Source: Stegostoma tigrinum
Taxonomy: Eukaryota
Direction: 5' to 3'
DNA length: 64,000 nt
NCBI RefSeq assembly: GCF_030684315.1
Contig: NC_081387.1
Location: 11,262,867 to 11,326,866 of the forward strand
Shown here: positions 26,958 through 39,000 of the stretch, in pieces
How positions within the stretch are numbered: position 1 is the first letter of the stretch
Layout of the letters: every line of letters begins with the position of its first letter
Position numbers and translations under genes: made by a program
The notes under the pieces: model-generated
What the model saw: only the letters and a program-made list of their open reading frames with translations
Database searches by the model: none
Told to the model about the DNA's origin: nothing

Positions 26958-27324
26958 ATTAGAAAGAAACTCCAAGAATTAATTTATTGAACCTTGGCTG
27001 TTTCTGCTTAAAAAGCTGAAAATTCATCCTCGGATTTGGAGAACAGTGAGCAGCACAATATTTCATGTGTGAGCTTACATTGTGTCTCACACATCTCACG
27101 TGTGAGATGATCAACACTGCGACCTCAATATAAAGGAGTATTCGCCTTCCTGAGAAGCAGGCAAATAGGAAACTTTGGTTGGGCAGCGTTATTAAGAATG
27201 GAATGTATCATTGCGGTTCAGAAGAGTGATATAAATGCAATAGATCATGGTATGGGAACAGTTTGCGTGGAAGTAACAAAAAGCAAGGTAAAGATGTCAC
27301 AGAGAGACAGCAAGAGCTACAGAT

Positions 27325-27570
27325 ATTGGAGTCAGAGACAACACAGTGCGGAGCTGGAGGCCAGGCAGCATCAGAGAAGCAGTAAAGTTGACATTTCAGG
27401 TCAGGACCTTTTCAGAAATGGGGAGGGAGAAGGGAACTCAGAAATAAATAGAAAGAGGAGGGTTGCAGATGGAGAAGGTAGGTGGGCTGGTGACAGATGA
27501 GTGCAGGTAGGAAGTGGTGGGGATTGGTCAGTGGAATTGGAGAGGTGGATAGGTGGGAGAGATAGGTTGT
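27325..27570 (-). mobile_element. Degenerate Penelope-like 3' end
   Basis: Purine-rich segment plus ggccaggcagcatc..gttgacatttcaggtcaggaccttttcag, colinear with the reverse of the Penelope 3' UTR at 32610-32900. Confidence 0.55.
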
Positions 27571-27574
27571 GTCC

Positions 27575-30550
27575 ACATAATTCCTCGACTCAGTGTTATG
27601 AGCAATAAAGGAATGTGTACTAAAGACCTTATTAACCGAGCCATCTATATGTGATGCAAGCTTCAGGAAATTATTTACTTCAATCTCTATGTCTCTGTAT
27701 TCTACAATACTACCCAAGGCCCAACTTTTAATTTTATAAGTCCTGTCTTTGTTTTTTTTCCCACCAAAATGCAATACCTCAGATTTTTCCGAATTAAACT
27801 TCATTTGCCACACTTTAGCTCATTGACCCAATGGATCAAAATCTCTTTGTAATTTTGTATCATCTTCTTCACTCTTCACTGTATGGCTAATGTTGATGTT
27901 ATCCACAAACCTACTTACTATGCCTTCTATATGCTCCCCTAAGTCATTTATGAAAAGGTTAAACAAAAGGGGACCCAACACCAGTCCATGTGGAACATTG
28001 CTGGTCACAGTCCTCCAGCCTAAAAAACAACCCTCCATCATCACCGTCTCCTGCCTTTAAACCAATTTTGTATGCAATTTGCAAACTCACCCTGAATCCC
28101 ATGTGACCTTACTTTACTAATTAGTCTACCTGGTCAAAGACATTATGAAAATACAAGCAAATAATGTCGGCCGTTCAGCCCTAATCAATATTCTTGGCTA
28201 CGTCCTCAAAAAGACTCAATCAAGTTTGTGAGATATGATTTCCCAAGCACAGAACCATGCTGACTAGCCCGAACCATTTCTTGCCTCTCGAAATGCATAT
28301 GAAACCTATATTTTAAATCCATAGACCTGGCCTGTAGATCAAGTCCCTGGAGTTTTGTCCACGGTTATATCTTCTGAAGTGTGAACTGTTTTCAAAACAT
28401 CAATATTTATTTCCCTGAGTCCTCTAGCCTCCATTTCTTTCTCCATGGGAAAAACATATGCAAAATCTTTATTTGATAAATCTCCTATCTCCAGAGGTTA
28501 AACAGAATGATGACCTATTTGATCTTTAAGAGGCCCGACTCTCTCTCTCGAGTCGTCTTTTTCTCTTAATATACTTGTAGATTCTCATTGAATTTTTGTG
28601 AACACTAATTGCCAAGGATATTTCATATTGCTGCTTTACCTTCCTGATCAACCTCTTAAGAATGCCCCTACACTCTTTGTGCTGATCAAGAGATGCATTT
28701 GAACACTGTTGTCCACATCTAACCATCCTTTTTTCCCTTCTTGACAGAACCGCAATATTTTCATTCATCCCTTGTTCTCTAATCCTACCCACCTTTCCTT
28801 TCACTCTCACAGGAACATTAAGACTGAACTTTCACACTTTTGAAAACCTTCCTCTTATCAGACTTCCTTTCCCCTGTAAACTGTATATTTTAAACAATGT
28901 TTGAAAGGTCTTCTCATGCCTATAAAATGTGCCTTACGATTAAAAACTTCAACTTTTATGTAAGGCTCATCCTTTTCCATAATGATTTTAAAACAAATGG
29001 AATTATGATGACTAGTCTCAAAGTGTTCCCCTCCTATCACTACAGTTACTAGCCCTGCCTTATCACCCAAGAGAAGTTCAAGTTTTGCTCCTTCCCGATT
29101 AGGAACATATACGGTTTGTTAAAGAAAATTTTCTTGAGCACAATTAACAAAGTCTTCATCATCCAAACCTTTACCATGATGATATTCCCAGTCAATGTTT
29201 GAAAAATTAAAATCACCCACTATTGTAACCCTATTATTCTTACACGTAACTGAGATCTCTCTTCATATCTGGTCCTCAATTTTCTTCTGAGTAATGGAGC
29301 ATCTATTGTACATCATGGTGATCATCCTTTCTCATGGCTCAAATTTCAACGCATAATAGCATTGCGAGATCATCCAGAAATATCTTTTCTAGTTACAACA
29401 GTTATGTTTTCCTTAACCGAAAAAAACCACACAACTCCTCCTCTTTTGACTCTCTATCCTTTCTGTAGCATTTGAAACATATAGCATCAAACTGGAACAA
29501 TGAGCTGTCTGTCGCTACCATACCTCAGCCAAACATTTTTACAGCAATAGCTATGATATCCCAAACCCATGTTCCCAAACATGCCCTGACTTCATCAGCC
29601 TTACCTGTAAGACTTCTTGCATTGAAATAAGTGCATTTTAATTTGTCAGTATATCACTTTGTTCTCTGACTTGCTATTGTCTGTCTTTCCTATTTAACTT
29701 ATTCTTGACAGCATCAAAACCATTCTCATCTATCTTTCTATTTACTCTGCTACTTTGAAGCCCTCCAATCCCTCCCTAATTACTTCCCTGAATAAAATTA
29801 GCAAATCTTCCCACTAAGATATTGGTCCCATTCCTGTACTGAAGACAGTCATTCTTTTCGAAGAGGTCATTTCTGCTGCAGAAGAGATCCAAACCTTCCA
29901 AGGTACTCAACCCCTGAGCATTATAACACCTCTTTACCCATTGATTTATCTCCATTATCCTTTTATTCTATCCATCATTTGAACTTGGCAGTGGCAGTAA
30001 ACAAGAGATTACCACTTTTGAGTTCCTGTTTTTTAATCTTCTACCTTAACCATTGTATTTACCGTGTATTTCCTTAATCATTTCCTTAACTGTGTCATTT
30101 CTACCAATGTGTATAGTAGGTTCTGGCTTCTCACTTTACTCTTGAATTGTTTTGAGGTGCTGTTAATTCTGGCACCAGGAAAACAACATAATAAGCTGGA
30201 TTCATGCCAACTGCCATAGAATCTCGTACTGGTGCCTCTAACAGGAATGTCCCAAAAACAATCTCTTTTAAAATTTTGTCAAACCTGTCTTATGTATGAT
30301 TCAAACCCAGTGCTCAAGATCTGACTGCCTCATCTTTTTCCTTATGAGAGACCATGCTTTTCATCAGTACCCAAAACTGAGCATTTGTTTGAGAGAGGAA
30401 TAGCCACGGGAAATGTCTGAACTCTCTTCTTACCTTTCCTGATATTTGACCATATTTCTGAGTGATCTGCTGTGTAATGACATCTCTAAAGCTATTATCC
30501 ATCCAACTCTGTTCTTGGATTCCCTCATTGGCATTCGGCCTAAAAGGAAG
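27575..30550 (-). mobile_element. Long degenerate CR1 LINE (endonuclease/RT region)
   Basis: Minus ORFs 27412-27813 (WQMKFNSEKSEVLHFG), 27820-28044 (VPHGLVLGPLLFNLFINDL) and 28858-29070 (GEHFETSHHNSICF). Confidence 0.8.
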
Positions 30551-32665
30551 CAGCTTACAATACAGCCTCATGTGTATAATAATTTACCTTTCCTTACCAA
30601 ATAATTAATTTTCTGCACGCAAAAAAAAGTTGAAAAAAGTCAAATGCATAAACCTTAAATGAAAACAAGCATTTTTCTGAATAACCAAATTTTAAACAAA
30701 GACTCATCATCAAATGGTCCAGCTGAAATCTCTCAGTCTTTGGATATAAACAAGAACCTCAGCCCAGAGCTATCCATGTCTAGGCCTCTCCAAATGCTCT
30801 GTAAGCACAACTTCGTTATTTAAAAAAGTAAATCTCTTTAGCGATTTCAAAGAAATTCTCTTCTGCGCCGATAATCTTTGAGGAAAAAGTCAAGCAGTGT
30901 ATGTGTAAACCTCCCCAAAAGGCCCATTCACAGAAATCCATTCAAAAAAGAATTGCGCACTTTTTGTTGGCATTTTTGAGTATGAAGTAAGTAAAAATGA
31001 TCCAAAATAAAGGTCATATTCTACTGAAATATAATGCATTTAAGAAATCTCGAAGTACATCTTGAAAAATGCCTTCTGTCTCAGGAACCACCATTCCTCA
31101 GAAGCTTGACAGAATAAATGCCGAGAGGATGTTTCCCCTCATGGGAGAGCCTAGGACAAGAGTGCACGTCTTCAGAACTAAGGGGTTGCAATGTAAGATT
31201 GAGGTGAGTAGGAGTTTCATCATTCAGTTAGTTGTGAGTCTTGGGTACTTCTTTCAACAGAGAGCTGTGGGTAGCTCTGGTATATTTAAGGCTGAGGTAG
31301 CTAGATTCTTGATGAGGACAGGAATCAATGGTTTTAGGGAAAGGGTTGGAAAGTGGATGTGAGCAAGATCAGATCCACTATTATCCTACTGATTGACAGA
31401 ACAGGCTCAAAGGACCAAATCACCTGACCGTGATCCATTTTCATGACGGCCTTATGGCTATATCTCTGCTTCACAAAAGAGCTGTGGAATGGTGACAGCA
31501 TCTGCTGTTGACATCAAGGTGAAATGTAACTGAGTGTGCCTTCAGGTATCCTTCAATACTTGGTTAATGAGAATCATAAGTAAAACTGTCTGATGATTCA
31601 CCTTGTATCTTACACAAAGGAAGATGGTTATGAATATTGGAAATCAGTCAGCTCAGCTCTAGGGCTACTGTGCAGGTGTTCTTATTGGCACCAAATCCAA
31701 AAAACACCCACTCTCTTCACACTGTCACTTAGTAGCAGCAGTGTGCACTCTCTACAAGGTGCACTGCAGAAATTCACAAAAAAATTCTGAGGTAGCAGCT
31801 TCCAAGTAACAACTTCAATCGAAAAGGCCAAGGGCAGCAGAAACATGGGAACACCAACACCCGAAGTCTCACTGTAACAAGAGAGCAGCCCTATGATCTG
31901 GTTGGGTTATGGCTGCTCTTTCCTTTACTCCTTTAAGACAGACTTTGTTTTCTGTAGCCAGTTGATATACAGAAGGTTTTTAATATTTGGCTAAAGCTCA
32001 GCTGGGTTCATGTTGTCCGTTATGTCTCTGGACGGAGGGGCGAGCTCATCTGAACTGGGAAGCTGAATTTCCCTGTCCATTTCCTGTAGCATTGGAAATC
32101 CTTGCCTTCCCATCACTCACCATCTCCCTTTTGAAATCTAAATTTGTGTCTAATCGCACTACACTCTCCTCAGCAGTCAATTACAGATGTTAACCAGTGA
32201 GTGCATCTCTACACATCTTCTGTGGCCTTTAGTTCCATGACTGTAAACTTAAACTGATGCCCTCTGTTTGTCAATGCAATGTGATCTCTCTCTTCTGATG
32301 TGCTCTGTTCAGACTCCTCAAGCATTTGAGTATTTTCAAGGATGAGAGCATGTAACACCATCATATTGTCCATCCAACTGCTGTTCTCCCTTGCTCTGGG
32401 TTCCATCCCAAAACATTGTTCAATCCTCCCATCGTTCTGCATTCCATCTTCAGCATATATAATTAACAGTAACTCTGCTTTCTCTTCACAGATACTGCCA
32501 GACTTGCTGAGTTTGCTTGGCAATCTTTCTTAAAATTTATTTTTGACTCTGACTGTTCCTAGCTCCCATCCGTTATGGTCGAACTTCATCTGAGATGCTC
32601 CATCATTTAATAAAATGTGAGGCTGGATGAACACAGCAGGCCAAGCAGCATCTCAGGAGCACAAA

Positions 32666-32700
32666 AGCTGACGTTTCGGGCCTAGACCCTTCATCAGAGA
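32666..32700 (-). ncRNA. Minimal hammerhead ribozyme motif (left arm)
   Basis: The reverse complement reads tctCTGATGAagggtctaggcccGAAACGTCag with an intact core. Confidence 0.6.
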
Positions 32701-33385
32701 GGGGGATGGGGGGAGGGAACTGGAATAAATAGGGAGAGAGGGGGAGGCGGACCGAAGATGGAGAGTAAAGAAGATAGGTGGAGAGGGTGTAGGTGGGGAG
32801 GTAGGGAGGGGATAGGTCAGTCCAAGGAAGACGGACAGGTCAAGGAGGTGGGATGAGGTTAGTAGGTAGCTGGGGGTGCGGCTTGGGGTGGGAGGAAGGG
32901 ATGGGTGAGAGGAAGAACCGGTTAGGGAGGCAGAGACAGGTTGGACTGGTTTTGGGATGCAGTGGGTGGGGGGGAAGAGCTGGGCTGGTTGTGTGGTGCA
33001 TTTGGGGGAGGGGATGAACTGGGCTGGTTTAGGGATGCAGTAGGGGAAGGGGAGATTTTGAAACTGGTGAAGTCCACATTGATACCATATGGCTGCAGGG
33101 TTCCCAGGCGGAATATGAGTTGCTGTTCCTGCAACCTTCGGGTGGCATCATTGTGGCAGTGCAGGAGGCCCATGATGGACATGTCATCAAGAGAATGGGA
33201 GGGGGAGTGGAAATGGTTTGCGACTGGGAGGTGCAGTTGTTTGTTGCGAACTGAGCGGAGGTGTTCTGCAAAGCGGTCCCCAAGCCTCCGCTTGGTTTCC
33301 CCAATGTAGAGGAAGCCGCACCGGGTACAGTGGATGCAGTATACCACATTGGCAGATGTGCAGGTGAACCTCTGCTTAATGTGGA

Positions 33386-34726
33386 ATGTCATCTTGGGGC
33401 CACTTCCTACAGACTAAGGGGGTGGCCATGGGCACCCGCATAGGCCCCAGCTATGCCTGCCTCTTTGTAGGTTACGTGGAACAGTCCCTCTTCCGCACCT
33501 ACACAGGCCCCAAACCCCACCTCTTCCTCCGGTACATTGATGACTGTATCGGCGCCGCCTCTTGCTCCCCAGAGGAGCTCGAACAGTTCATCCACTTCAC
33601 CAACACCTTCCTCCCCAACCTTCAGTTCACCTGGGCCATCTCCAGCACATCCCTCACCTTCCTGGACCTCTCAGTCTCCATCTCAGGCAACCAGCTTGTA
33701 ACTGATGTCCATTTCAAGCCCACCGACTCCCACAGCTACCTAGAATACACCTCCTCCCACCCACCCTCCTGCAAAAATTCCATCCCCTATTCCCAATTCC
33801 TCCGCCTCCGCCGCATCTGCTCCCACGATAAGACATTCCACTCCCGCACCTCCCAGATGTCCAAGTTCTTTAAGGACCGCAACTTTCCCCCCACGGTGAT
33901 TGAGAACACCCTTCACCGCGTCTCCCGCATTTCCCGCGACACATCCCTCACACCCTGCCCCCGCCACAACCGCCCCAAGAGGATCCCCCTCGTTCTCACA
34001 CACCACCCTACCAACCTCCGGATACAACGCATTATCCTCCGACACTTCCGCCATTTACAATCCGACCCCACCACCCAAGACATTTTTCCATCCCCTCCCC
34101 TGTCTGCTTTCCAGAGAGACCACTCTCTCCGTGACTCCCTTGTTCGCTCCACACTGCCCTCCAACCCCACCACACCCGGCACCTTCCCCTGCAACCGCAG
34201 GAAATGCTACACTTGTCCCCACACCTCCTCCCTCACCCCCATCCCAGGCCCCAAGATGACATTCCACATTAAGCAGAGGTTCACCTGCACATCTGCCAAT
34301 GTGGTATACTGCATCCACTGTACCCGGTGTGGCTTCCTCTACATTGGGGAAACCAAGCGGAGGCTTGGGGACCGCTTTGCAGAACACCTCCGCTCAGTTC
34401 GCAACAAACAACTGCACCTCCCAGTCGCAAACCATTTCCACTCCCCCTCCCATTCTCTTGATGACATGTCCATCATGGGCCTCCTGCACTGCCACAATGA
34501 TGCCACCCGAAGGTTGCAGGAACAGCAACTCATATTCCGCCTGGGAACCCTGCAGCCATATGGTATCAATGTGGACTTCACCAGTTTCAAAATCTCCCCT
34601 TCCCCTACTGCATCCCTAAACCAGCCCAGTTCATCCCCTCCCCCAAATGCACCACACAACCAGCCCAGCTCTTCCCCCCCACCCACTGCATCCCAAAACC
34701 AGTCCAACCTGTCTCTGCCTCCCTAA
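33386..34726 (+). CDS. Penelope-like RT (C-terminal half) plus GIY-YIG endonuclease, uninterrupted but N-truncated
   Basis: QTKGVAMGT and FLRYIDD (RT), LTFLDL, Cys-rich linker CNRRKCYTC, NVVYCIHCTRCGFLYIGET..RFAEH (GIY-YIG), GIN. The ATG comes from the inverted arm. Confidence 0.88.
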   Translation: MSSWGHFLQTKGVAMGTRIGPSYACLFVGYVEQSLFRTYTGPKPHLFLRYIDDCIGAASCSPEELEQFIHFTNTFLPNLQFTWAISSTSLTFLDLSVSISGNQLVTDVHFKPTDSHSYLEYTSSHPPSCKNSIPYSQFLRLRRICSHDKTFHSRTSQMSKFFKDRNFPPTVIENTLHRVSRISRDTSLTPCPRHNRPKRIPLVLTHHPTNLRIQRIILRHFRHLQSDPTTQDIFPSPPLSAFQRDHSLRDSLVRSTLPSNPTTPGTFPCNRRKCYTCPHTSSLTPIPGPKMTFHIKQRFTCTSANVVYCIHCTRCGFLYIGETKRRLGDRFAEHLRSVRNKQLHLPVANHFHSPSHSLDDMSIMGLLHCHNDATRRLQEQQLIFRLGTLQPYGINVDFTSFKISPSPTASLNQPSSSPPPNAPHNQPSSSPPPTASQNQSNLSLPP

Positions 34727-34946
34727 CCTGTTCTTCCTCTCACCCATCCCTTCCTCCCACCCCAAGCTGCACCCCCAGCTACCTACTAACCTCATCCCAC
34801 CTCCTTGACCTGTCCGTCTTCCCTGGACTGACCTATCCCCTCCCTACCTCCCCACCTATACTCTCTCCACCTATCTTCTTTACTCTCCATCTTCGGTCCG
34901 CCTCCCCCTCTCTCCCTATTTATTCCAGTTCCCTCCCCCCATCCCC

Positions 34947-34981
34947 CTCTCTGATGAAGGGTCTAGGCCCGAAACGTCAGC
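34947..34981 (+). ncRNA. Minimal hammerhead ribozyme motif (right arm)
   Basis: CTGATGA 34951-34957, stem II gggt/gccc, GAAAC 34971-34975, GTC 34976-34978. Confidence 0.6.
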
Positions 34982-35759
34982 TTTTGTGCTCCTGAGATGC
35001 TGCTTGGCCTGCTGTGTTCATCCAGCCTCACATTTTATTATCTTGAAATCTCCAGCATCTGCAGTTCCCATTATCTCTGCTCCATCATTTGTCTCTTTCT
35101 TGTCCTTTGCTAACCCACCACAACCACTTCCAACGCCACCAACCCTTTGTCATTCTGTCTGCCTTTTCAGATTATTCTGTTTCCTGGAATATTTATTTCT
35201 TGGTGTTGTTTTGAGCATGTAACAGAGGCAGTGATTTACCATTTGAGACAACAGTTCTCTTAAGTTTGTGAACTCTTTGCACTTTCAATTTTAGTTTTTT
35301 TTTAATGATTGCCTGCATAGACTGTATTGATACAGCACTCACTGTCAAATTCTACCCCCTCCTGTTGCACCCTACTGGCTCTTGTCCCCATCGCTATCTG
35401 TGACCTCAGCTTTCTTTTGTGATATTTATATACTTCCCTTTAACCCAACACATGTTCACTCTTGTTTATTTAAAGCCCATTACCAAGGCCAAATCATAAT
35501 CCTGGAACCAGGAGTTTTATTAGTACTCCTACCGTCACTTGTCCTGTTGTCACCCAACTCTCCAAACTCACTTTGCATCATGAAACACTTTGTCTCTTAC
35601 CATGAATTCCAAACATTACCACTTTTTCAGTCAATATTCCTTCTGAATTATATATCCCCTCAAGTCTCACTGTCAAAGATTAACATGCTCCTGTATCTGT
35701 TATAATTTTAATTTCTTTACCTCCTCCTCCTGGCATGTACGAATAAACATTATCCTCAC

Positions 35760-36560
35760 AAGCAAATACTTAAAAGGAATCTGACACTTCCTTCCGAAAC
35801 ACTCATGATTGGGTTATGCATTCAGTTACAGCTTTTTCACTTCAACTATGCTATCCTTTACCACTTCAACACTTCTCCTGTTTTTCCGCACCCTTCTTCC
35901 TAGTGCTTTTGTTTTCACATCCTGCTACTTCATCTCGGCTGCTTTATTGTAATGAGAGCATCTGAGCTTTTTTTTCATTATTTCTCTACATGTTTTCCTT
36001 TTTTTCATCCAGTGATAAACTACCTTTACTGTCTTCAATGAGATCTACTTGCCCCTTACCACCTGATGATTTTGCTCTTCTGTAATTTCTATCCCTCACA
36101 GAATAAAATTGACGATGGAAGCCCAACTTTGATTTATGAAAAATTCATAATTATCAGTCATCTCCACTGTTAATCTTGAAATTTTAATACAGTGCTCTTC
36201 CACCTGAGTTCTCATTGTTTCAAGAAGTGAATTTTTGATCAGCTCCAAAATAATCGTCTCTCTGAGACCGTCATATGTTTGATTTATTTTTCATGCCTTT
36301 AGCCACGTATCAAAACAATTTTGTTCGATCCTTTTAAACTTAATATATGTTTGACCAGGGTCCTTCCTTAAATTCCTGAAATGTTTTCTATAGCCTTCTG
36401 GCACTAGTTCATATAAACTTAAGTTGGCTTTCTTCACCTCCTCATACTCCCCAAATACCTCCGCTGTGAATACCTCACAAGCTCTACTTACTAACTTACT
36501 TTGGATCACCAATATCCACATGGTCACTGGCCATTTCATTTTTTTAGCCCCTTTCTCAAA
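35760..36560 (-). mobile_element. Gypsy (Gmr1-like) gag remnant
   Basis: Minus ORF 36291-36539 KWP..W..VIQSKL...YEEVKKA.L..YELVPEGYRKHFRNLRK resembles SCAN-related Gypsy capsid. Confidence 0.7.
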
Positions 36561-36566
36561 TAAAAT

Positions 36567-36800
36567 GTCTGTCTGTGTGGAGTTTGCACACTCTCCCCTG
36601 TGTATGTGAGGGCCTCCCGCTTCTCAGGTTTCCTCTCACAGTCCAAAGATGTGCAGGCTAAGTGGTCATGCTAAATTGCCTGTTGTGTTCAGGAATGTGC
36701 AGATGAAGTGGGTAATATGGGGATGAGTCTTGGTGATACGTTCTGAGGGTCAGTGTGTATTTATTGGACTGAAGGGCTTGTTTCCACACTATGGGGATTT
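36567..36800 (+). mobile_element. 5'-truncated HE1-type SINE
   Basis: tgtctgtgtggagtttgcacactctcccc...cagtccaaagatgtgcagg. Confidence 0.7.
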
Positions 36801-37553
36801 GATGAATGTATGATTCTAATTCAAGCTACTTCATTTCAATTTGAATTTTTGCCATTTTCAAAGAATGTGATGGCTTTTCCAGCAACTGAAAATGTCAAGC
36901 TATTTTTACAACTGTCTCCACTTTGTGCACAGATAAATGTCTGCCAATTCCAAAATCTTTGACCTTGTGAAATCTTTAAATTGAGTGGTGAGAGATATAG
37001 GACAGATGTCAGAGGTAGGTTCTTTACTCAGAGAGTAGTAAAGGTGTGGAATGCCCTGCCTGTAACAGTAGTAGGCTCGTAAAGTTTAAAGGCATTTAAA
37101 TGGTCATTGGATAAATATGGATAATAATGGAATAGTGTAGGTCAGATGGGCTTCATTTTGGTTTCACAGGTCAGTGCAACATTTGGGCCACACCTGAAAT
37201 AATTCAAGCAATTATGAATACTACACTTCAGCAAGAAGGTATTAGATGTGGGTGGAACGCAGATTCCATTTACAAGAAAGGTGATTTTAATGATAAAATA
37301 ACAGCCTGCGAAAAGAGGTAAAGCAAATTAAAGTTTCATTTCCTGGAAATTGACAATGTTACAATGTGTTTGAAAAACCAGAATAAATTTGAATTTGACC
37401 TAACTTTGTTGGCTAATGAACTTGAGAGAAACATTGTTTGTCATGCGGTTGAATCACTTTTCATAACAGTAGATGATCATTTTGAAATGGAGTTGAGTTG
37501 AGGCATTAAGGAAAACATATCTAAGCTCATTGAAGCACTTTTCCTCATTGCGA

Positions 37554-38936
37554 TCACTTACAAATGAGAGTAAAGGGATATTTGAGGGCACACAGCAGCT
37601 CCTGCCTGAACATACTCTGGGTCACTGCATAAATTGCCGTGTTAATGCAGCAGCTCAGAAGCTGAAGCATAATTCCTGTCTTTTCGTAAGTTTCGTAAGG
37701 GCTAAATAGAGATGTGAGAATAAAGACATTTGTAATTCGATAATGTAGGAAATATGTGACTGTTGTTATCCACAACAGGATAAAACTGCTCGATATTGCG
37801 AAGAGTAATATAATGGACCTTCTGCGATTCTTCATCTCAGGGTCTTTGTCATTTTCTCCATTGCTCCTGTGGGCCCAGAGTTTCTTTCGTGCCTGACTGG
37901 CCACTAAAATGTGCCTGACAGTCAGGACATTCAAAAGTAAAATCAGGATGAATGGTAGAGTGGGAGTTAACAGCTGTTCAATCCAAGAAAATACCATTGC
38001 TGCAATTTGAAAATAAATTACTGGTGATACAAAGCAGCCCCATGGTCTATTGTTCACGAGAGCATAAGGAATGTACAAGAAGGCCCAAGGAATGTTTTTT
38101 AAACAGAAGACCAAGGTCAATGTGATGGTCACCACGGTAGCAGTTTTCTCTGTACAGTATTTTAATTTTAATTTCTGACAAGAAATGGCTACAAAACGAT
38201 CAAAGGTAAAAGCAACTGTGAACCAGACAGAAATGTCGACAGCAGTTGGAGAAAGGAACAAAATAAATCTACAAACTGGAGTGTACAGCAGCAGGGAGTC
38301 CCACCAATAAATTGCAGCAATCTGATGTAATGTCACATTGAAGACAATCACCATGAAATCTGCTGTCGCCATAGCCACCAGGTAGTGAGTGATGCACTTA
38401 GAGAGACCACATTTCCCTCGACACAGGATCACAATTGCCACCAAGTTAACTACGAGAAAGAGGAAAGATAACAGTAAGAAAACAGTCTGTAGTTGACAAT
38501 AATGTAGCAACTAGCATGGCAATTAGCATCATATTTTATCTTTCTGTTATTGTCTTCTCTACTGAAGCTGTTAGTTACCTTGGTGGAATAAACGTGTCCT
38601 GACTCACTAGGGTGGCGCACAAGTTAAGCCCATTGCTCCTGGAATCTTTCCAACCATTACAAATTTCATGAAGCCTACAAGGATTCCCCAACTTACCTGT
38701 TTTTTGATCCAAATTGACAGAAAGCATGGGCCAAGTTTCTGTACTTAACAATATTTGCTGCTATTAAAAATTAAATAGAGCCAAGACACAGGTGCATAGT
38801 TCAAAACCAGAGCCATACAATGCTACTACTTAAAATTTTAATACAAATATAACTTAGCCTCATGTGGATGCAGAGATGTGCACAGACACACACATGCAGA
38901 CACAGGCACACATAGACAGGCAGAGAGACAGGCGTG

Positions 38937-39000
<64 letters not shown>

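Larger units (their letters stand above)
32609..35077 (+). mobile_element. Young 5'-truncated Penelope-like retroelement (Neptune-type) with ~790 bp inverted terminal arm
   Basis: 32609-33401 is the near-perfect reverse complement of 34247-35040. TSD tgctccatcattt at 32596-32608 and 35078-35090. The internal ORF has RT and GIY-YIG domains. Confidence 0.93.

Noticed and set aside
32922-33392. Independent GIY-YIG nuclease gene on the minus strand
   Set aside because: It is the inverted arm of the adjacent Penelope insertion, inside the same TSD.
38450-38510. N-terminal extension MLHYCQLQTVFLLLSFLFLV of the 318-aa GPCR ORF
   Set aside because: It is the intronic polypyrimidine tract. The true N-terminus is exon 1 at 40690-40621, as in the paralog.
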